Positions 59,407 through 64,000 of a stretch of DNA of 64,000 nt are shown here, piece after piece (within the stretch, counting starts at the first letter, position 1; every line of letters starts with the position of its first letter). Source of the stretch: Bacteroidales bacterium (GTDB lineage: Bacteria; Bacteroidota; Bacteroidia; Bacteroidales; VadinHA17). The notes below the pieces were generated by a model that was given only the letters and a program-made list of their open reading frames with translations, was not told the origin of the DNA and made no database searches. The stretch covers positions 22,945-86,944 of the forward strand of contig DATKUO010000042.1 of the NCBI GenBank assembly GCA_035530515.1, written 5' to 3'. Position numbers and translations under genes: made by a program.

Positions 59407-62400
59407 TTATTTACTGTTTCAATATTTGCAGAGTCTGAATTATTCTTCCTTCTTAACAGCCAAAGGTAAGCATCTTCGAGATTTGGGACTGCATTTACAG
59501 CCCCTTCCCATGGTGAGAATTCCGAAATTACCCTAACTCTTACTTTGTCACCTTCCGACATATGGTGTACAACAAGGTGTTTTTCAACAAAAATCCCAAA
59601 ATCTTTTGCTGGAATATTGAATTGCCATACATGCCCTTCTGCCTCTTTTGTCATGTCAATAGGTTTACCAAAGTATCTCAATTTACCTTTGTTAAGTACT
59701 GCAACCTGATTGCAAGAGCTTGAAATATCCTCAATAATATGTGTTGAAAATATTACTACCCTTTCACGACTGAGTTCAACAAGGAGATTTCTGAACCTTA
59801 TACGCTCTCTTGGATCAAGTCCCGCAGTAGGTTCATCCACAACAAGTATGCGCGGAAGGTGTAGGAGAATCAGTGCAATACCCATTCTCTGTTTCATGCC
59901 ACCGGAATAAGATCCTATTTTCTCATGCCTTCGTTCTTCCATATGGACTGCATTTAGAACATAAGTTACTCTCTTTTCCCTGGTCTTTACATCTAAAATA
60001 TTTTTCAGCATTGCCTGATAGTGAAGATACTCATGAGCTGTCATATTCTCATAGCTTCCAAATTCCTGAGGCAGGTAACCGATTAATCCCTGAAGCTCTT
60101 CTCTCATTTTTTGGGTGTCGAGCCCATTGATCCAAACCTTTCCATAGCTCTGCTCGAGTATTCCGCAGATTATTCTCATGAGGGTGGTTTTTCCTGCTCC
60201 GTTTGGTCCAAGCAATCCAAACATACCATTACCTATGTTAAGAGAAACACAACTTAATGCTTTAAATGGCTTCTTCTTTTTGCCAATTAAAGGTACTGCT
60301 GCCACAATTTTATAAATGTTTTTTCGCAAACCTTTAAACCTGCCTTCAAGCCGGTAGATATCAATATTATCCCTGGTAAGTTTTTGCCCTGTTTTGAAAA
60401 TAAACAACCCGGTGAGCCAGAGCAATCCAAGAATAATAACAACCACAAGGTTCTCCCATTTAAGCTGGAACCATACCAGGTTAAGCAGAGGAATTATCCA
60501 GAAAACAGCAAAATCGGTAACTCCGGAGACTCTTTTCAGCCATCGTCGCTGGCCATTTGTTGTAAGGTTGGCAAAGAGTTCACTGAAAGTCATCCATACT
60601 CCTGACAAGATGAACCATGTACCAATGCTGAAAATGAAAATCCAGAATCCCTTATCAAGGAAGAAATAGGTGAAATAAATTATGAAACCCAGTAATGGTA
60701 CCTGCCAGGTTATCTGGTTCATATCCTTCCATGAAGTATATTGTTTTTCCAATCCCAGCCTTTTTCTGCTTCTGGCACCTGCCCTCCATTCTCTTGTCCA
60801 CTTGTTTTCTCTTTCATATATTTTTACCAGGCTCTGAATATAAATGTTAATATTTTCATCCGGTGAGATAACTGTTTCCCGTGCTTTTCGCAAACTATTC
60901 ATTACGAACCATGAACCTGCAGGTATTAATATTAATACTAAGATTGTTGTAATAAGTTGCCAGATGAATTTGTCTATATAGTTGTAAATAAGAAATATCA
61001 TGACAGCAAATACAAGAAACTGAGTAACCTTATTTTTCCAGTTCAGTGAATAGAACCAATTCAATGATGTCTCAAGCCCGGTATAAAATGTTGGAATAAA
61101 AATTAACGTAAGAAGAGTACTAAGAGCTAAACCACCAATAACTGTAATAGCAAAAGCAGCTCCTATTAACGATACATACTCTCCCTGCCCCATGGCAAGG
61201 GGAAACATTGCAATTATTGTTGTAGAAGCTGTAATAATTACAGGACGTAACCTGGCAACGCCGGCTGTCATTAGCGCTCTATGAACCCTGTTGCCTCTTT
61301 TTCGCAAAATGTTGGTATAATCAATTAAAATAATGCCATTATTAACAACTACTCCAAGCAGGATCAGAAAACCTGTCAATGTATTTGCATTTATGAGGGA
61401 ATTTCCTGTAAGTATCAATGCAATAAGAGATCCCAGGGCAGCAAGAGGGATACTGAACATCAGAACAACGGGAGTTACAAGTGATTCAAATACTGAAGCA
61501 AGAATCATGTATATGAGACTAAACGCAACAGCTATCAGGTAGTAGTAATCTTTATACTGGTTTTCCTCATGGACGACCTCAACGGCAATTCCTGGGGGAA
61601 TATTCAATCCGGCTACTACTGATTCAATTTCCTGTCTGGCACCTTCAAGAAGATCTTTGGAGTTTCTGATCTCTTCATTGAAATTATATGTGACTGTAAC
61701 TCTTTTTTCCTGGTTTTCCCGGTGAATGTTTCCCATCCCCGATGAGAAAACAATATTGGAAAGTTCTTCCAGCTCCATTACCGAACCATTGTTTCCGGTA
61801 ACTTCCAGCTGTTTAAGATCATCTATGGTTTTATCTTTGTTTTCTGCTATTACACCTGCCTCATCAGCATATTTAATGATAATATCATAGTTTTCTGTAC
61901 CTTGTTTAAAAGTTGCACCGGAAGAATATTCCCTGCCGAATGTAGATAGGGATGATGCCAGATTATTTAATGTGAAATTATTTCTGCCAATAAAGTCCAT
62001 ATCAAAAAGAAGATGAACTTCCGGTTTATTATCCTGAACATTTACATTGGAGCTGTTGATTGTTGAAAGATCTTCGACATATGTTTTTATATCATCAGCC
62101 AGGTTCTTCATCTGCTTAAAATTCTGTCCCTTGATGATTATACTTTCTCTGGTCGAACCTATTCCTAACAGGTTCATGAAATCCGAACCAGGGTTAGATG
62201 TCTCACCTCCACCACCACCTGAGAAACCGCCACTTGTTGACAGCTCATCCATACTTATCTCTGCCGAAGAGATGTTTTTGGTCTTTTCAGAGATATCATT
62301 TTTAATTTCAGGGAGGCTCCTTTTACTTGTTTTATCCCATTCTTTTGAAAGATTGATAGTAACTGTTGCTTTTTCTTCTTCAATACGGCTTATGATGTCT

Positions 62401-64000
62401 TCTTTTTCTGTAATCGATGACAGCCTCGATTCAATCTCAGCAACAACTGCATCTGTTTTTTCCAATGTTGACCCTCCTGGCATTGTAACGGTAAGTCTGA
62501 AGTTAGGGGTTTCAACCTCCTGTGTTGTATTAATACTTAAAGTAAGACTGATAAGCAAGGCGGCAAAGAAAACAACAAGTGTACCTATTATCGTTGATGC
62601 CGGATTTCTCATACTTGCCTTTAATACAAGATGATATGCCTGAATTAGCCTGTTGTGGATGGAAAGTTTTTTAAATATTTCAGAGTTACTATTAGAAGAT
62701 CTGGTAAGAAGAAAGCAGGTTGCCATTGGGATAAGCAGCAACGCAACTGAGAGAGAAATAAAAAGCGTAGAGATGATGGAAACGCCGATATTTTTCCCTA
62801 TCATTTTTACCATGAAATTATTCGAAAAAATAAACGGCAGGAAAACAATTATGGTTGTAAGTGTTGCTGCAGATATTGATCTCCACACTTCGCTGGTCCC
62901 CTGCTTGACAGCTATATCGGGGCTCTTTCCCTGGCCTGCAAGCCGGTAAATATTCTCAAGAACCACTACGGAATTATCGACGAGCATCCCTATTGCCAGA
63001 GCCATACCCACAAGGGTGAGGCTGTTAATAGACACATCGAAAGCGTAGAAAAAATTGAAAGCAGCATATACTGAAACCGGAATTGAAAACGCAATGATAG
63101 TCACAAGTCGTATATTTCTAAGAAAGAACCAGAGTATCATTACCGCCAGCAAACCACCAATAATAGCAAGGTTAATGATCTGATTGATATTCTTTTCCAT
63201 TATTTCAGCATTGTTGTTCTGGACAACAATTTCGACTCCGGATGATTCCAATCTCTTGTTCAGTTCATTTACCTGGTCAAGAGCGTCGTGAGAGAGATTA
63301 ATCAGGTTAGCCTGGTTGTCATTGACAAGAGTGACAGTTACCGCATCCAGGCCGTTAACCCTGCTATAGGAGTTCTGTTCTTTTACTCCGAAAAATATCT
63401 CAGCAACATCACGTAATAAAACAGGGCCATCGTTCTTAACAATAATATTTCCGATTTCCTTTACATCGGTATATTCAGAAGTGACATTAACAAATAACTC
63501 ATTGCTGCCCTCAACTACCTTCCCTACAAATGTTTTATCTATTCCGTTATTATTGAGCAAACTACTAATTTGTCCCATCGAGATACCATTGGCTTTGCAG
63601 GCATTTTTATTTAAACGGATCTCAATTGAGTTCTCCTGGCCTCCATATACCTGGACTCCGGCAATCCCATCGATGTTTTCAAGGTCAGGTTTAATTTCCC
63701 TGTCGGCAATATTTCTGATTCTGTCAATTCCACCTTCACCTCTTACCTGCAGCTCCATGAACTGGTTGGTCAGATCTTCCAGATCGATCTTAATAACATT
63801 TATTATAAACTCTGAGGGGATAGAGCTCTTAACAATATTAATCTTCTCCTGTAGCTTCAGGTTTGCATATTTTAGATTTGCATTCTGATTATAATATATA
63901 AATATGGTCCCGGTTCTGGAAGTAATATTTGATTCGATCTTTTCAATACCTTCCAGGGTCCCGATTGCTCCTTCAATTGGAATGACTGCCTGAGTTTCAA
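59403..64000 (-). CDS. AcrB-family RND permease fused to extra TM helices and a C-terminal ABC ATPase; starts beyond the window end
   Basis: Frame open to 63998. GMLVDNSVVVLENI, GVVVNNGI and RLRPV (RND); GPNGAGKTT, YSGGMKQR, VVDEPTAGLD and STH (ABC). Confidence 0.9.
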   Translation of the reverse strand, partial: ETQAVIPIEGAIGTLEGIEKIESNITSRTGTIFIYYNQNANLKYANLKLQEKINIVKSSIPSEFIINVIKIDLEDLTNQFMELQVRGEGGIDRIRNIADREIKPDLENIDGIAGVQVYGGQENSIEIRLNKNACKANGISMGQISSLLNNNGIDKTFVGKVVEGSNELFVNVTSEYTDVKEIGNIIVKNDGPVLLRDVAEIFFGVKEQNSYSRVNGLDAVTVTLVNDNQANLINLSHDALDQVNELNKRLESSGVEIVVQNNNAEIMEKNINQIINLAIIGGLLAVMILWFFLRNIRLVTIIAFSIPVSVYAAFNFFYAFDVSINSLTLVGMALAIGMLVDNSVVVLENIYRLAGQGKSPDIAVKQGTSEVWRSISAATLTTIIVFLPFIFSNNFMVKMIGKNIGVSIISTLFISLSVALLLIPMATCFLLTRSSNSNSEIFKKLSIHNRLIQAYHLVLKASMRNPASTIIGTLVVFFAALLISLTLSINTTQEVETPNFRLTVTMPGGSTLEKTDAVVAEIESRLSSITEKEDIISRIEEEKATVTINLSKEWDKTSKRSLPEIKNDISEKTKNISSAEISMDELSTSGGFSGGGGGETSNPGSDFMNLLGIGSTRESIIIKGQNFKQMKNLADDIKTYVEDLSTINSSNVNVQDNKPEVHLLFDMDFIGRNNFTLNNLASSLSTFGREYSSGATFKQGTENYDIIIKYADEAGVIAENKDKTIDDLKQLEVTGNNGSVMELEELSNIVFSSGMGNIHRENQEKRVTVTYNFNEEIRNSKDLLEGARQEIESVVAGLNIPPGIAVEVVHEENQYKDYYYLIAVAFSLIYMILASVFESLVTPVVLMFSIPLAALGSLIALILTGNSLINANTLTGFLILLGVVVNNGIILIDYTNILRKRGNRVHRALMTAGVARLRPVIITASTTIIAMFPLAMGQGEYVSLIGAAFAITVIGGLALSTLLTLIFIPTFYTGLETSLNWFYSLNWKNKVTQFLVFAVMIFLIYNYIDKFIWQLITTILVLILIPAGSWFVMNSLRKARETVISPDENINIYIQSLVKIYERENKWTREWRAGARSRKRLGLEKQYTSWKDMNQITWQVPLLGFIIYFTYFFLDKGFWIFIFSIGTWFILSGVWMTFSELFANLTTNGQRRWLKRVSGVTDFAVFWIIPLLNLVWFQLKWENLVVVIILGLLWLTGLFIFKTGQKLTRDNIDIYRLEGRFKGLRKNIYKIVAAVPLIGKKKKPFKALSCVSLNIGNGMFGLLGPNGAGKTTLMRIICGILEQSYGKVWINGLDTQKMREELQGLIGYLPQEFGSYENMTAHEYLHYQAMLKNILDVKTREKRVTYVLNAVHMEERRHEKIGSYSGGMKQRMGIALILLHLPRILVVDEPTAGLDPRERIRFRNLLVELSRERVVIFSTHIIEDISSSCNQVAVLNKGKLRYFGKPIDMTKEAEGHVWQFNIPAKDFGIFVEKHLVVHHMSEGDKVRVRVISEFSPWEGAVNAVPNLEDAYLWLLRRKNNSDSANIETVNK

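Overview
Bacteroidota (Bacteroidales-like) chromosomal window, judged from sprA, TAnnTTTG promoter boxes and the gene set. It has three parts. (1) 1-16.9 kb: pectin enzymes, serine hydrolases and GH2 genes, many of them truncated, fused or nonsense-mutated, plus REP-like repeats and a 103-bp MITE. (2) 16989-29554: a ~12.5-kb element integrated in the 3' end of initiator tRNA-Met with 19-bp direct repeats. It encodes a tyrosine integrase, excisionase, ParB-adenine methyltransferase fusion, AEP primase-SF4 helicase fusion and a TerS-like protein. I see no capsid, tail or conjugation genes, so it looks like a phage satellite (PICI-like). Most notably it carries two extra internal copies of its own att architecture (core plus tandem arm repeats) that bracket the replication module. 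It also has a tandem array of four small ORFs with a shared N-terminus and variable C-termini, domain-shuffled paralogues, and several structured intergenic regions. (3) 29.8-64 kb: housekeeping genes (dxr, rseP, tatA, mqnC, pepA, pdxA, ruvA, sprA, gcvH, infB, nusA, rimP), a maltose locus, and an RND-ABC ATPase fusion running off the window end. All calls are from reading the sequence and motif recall; no database searches were run.
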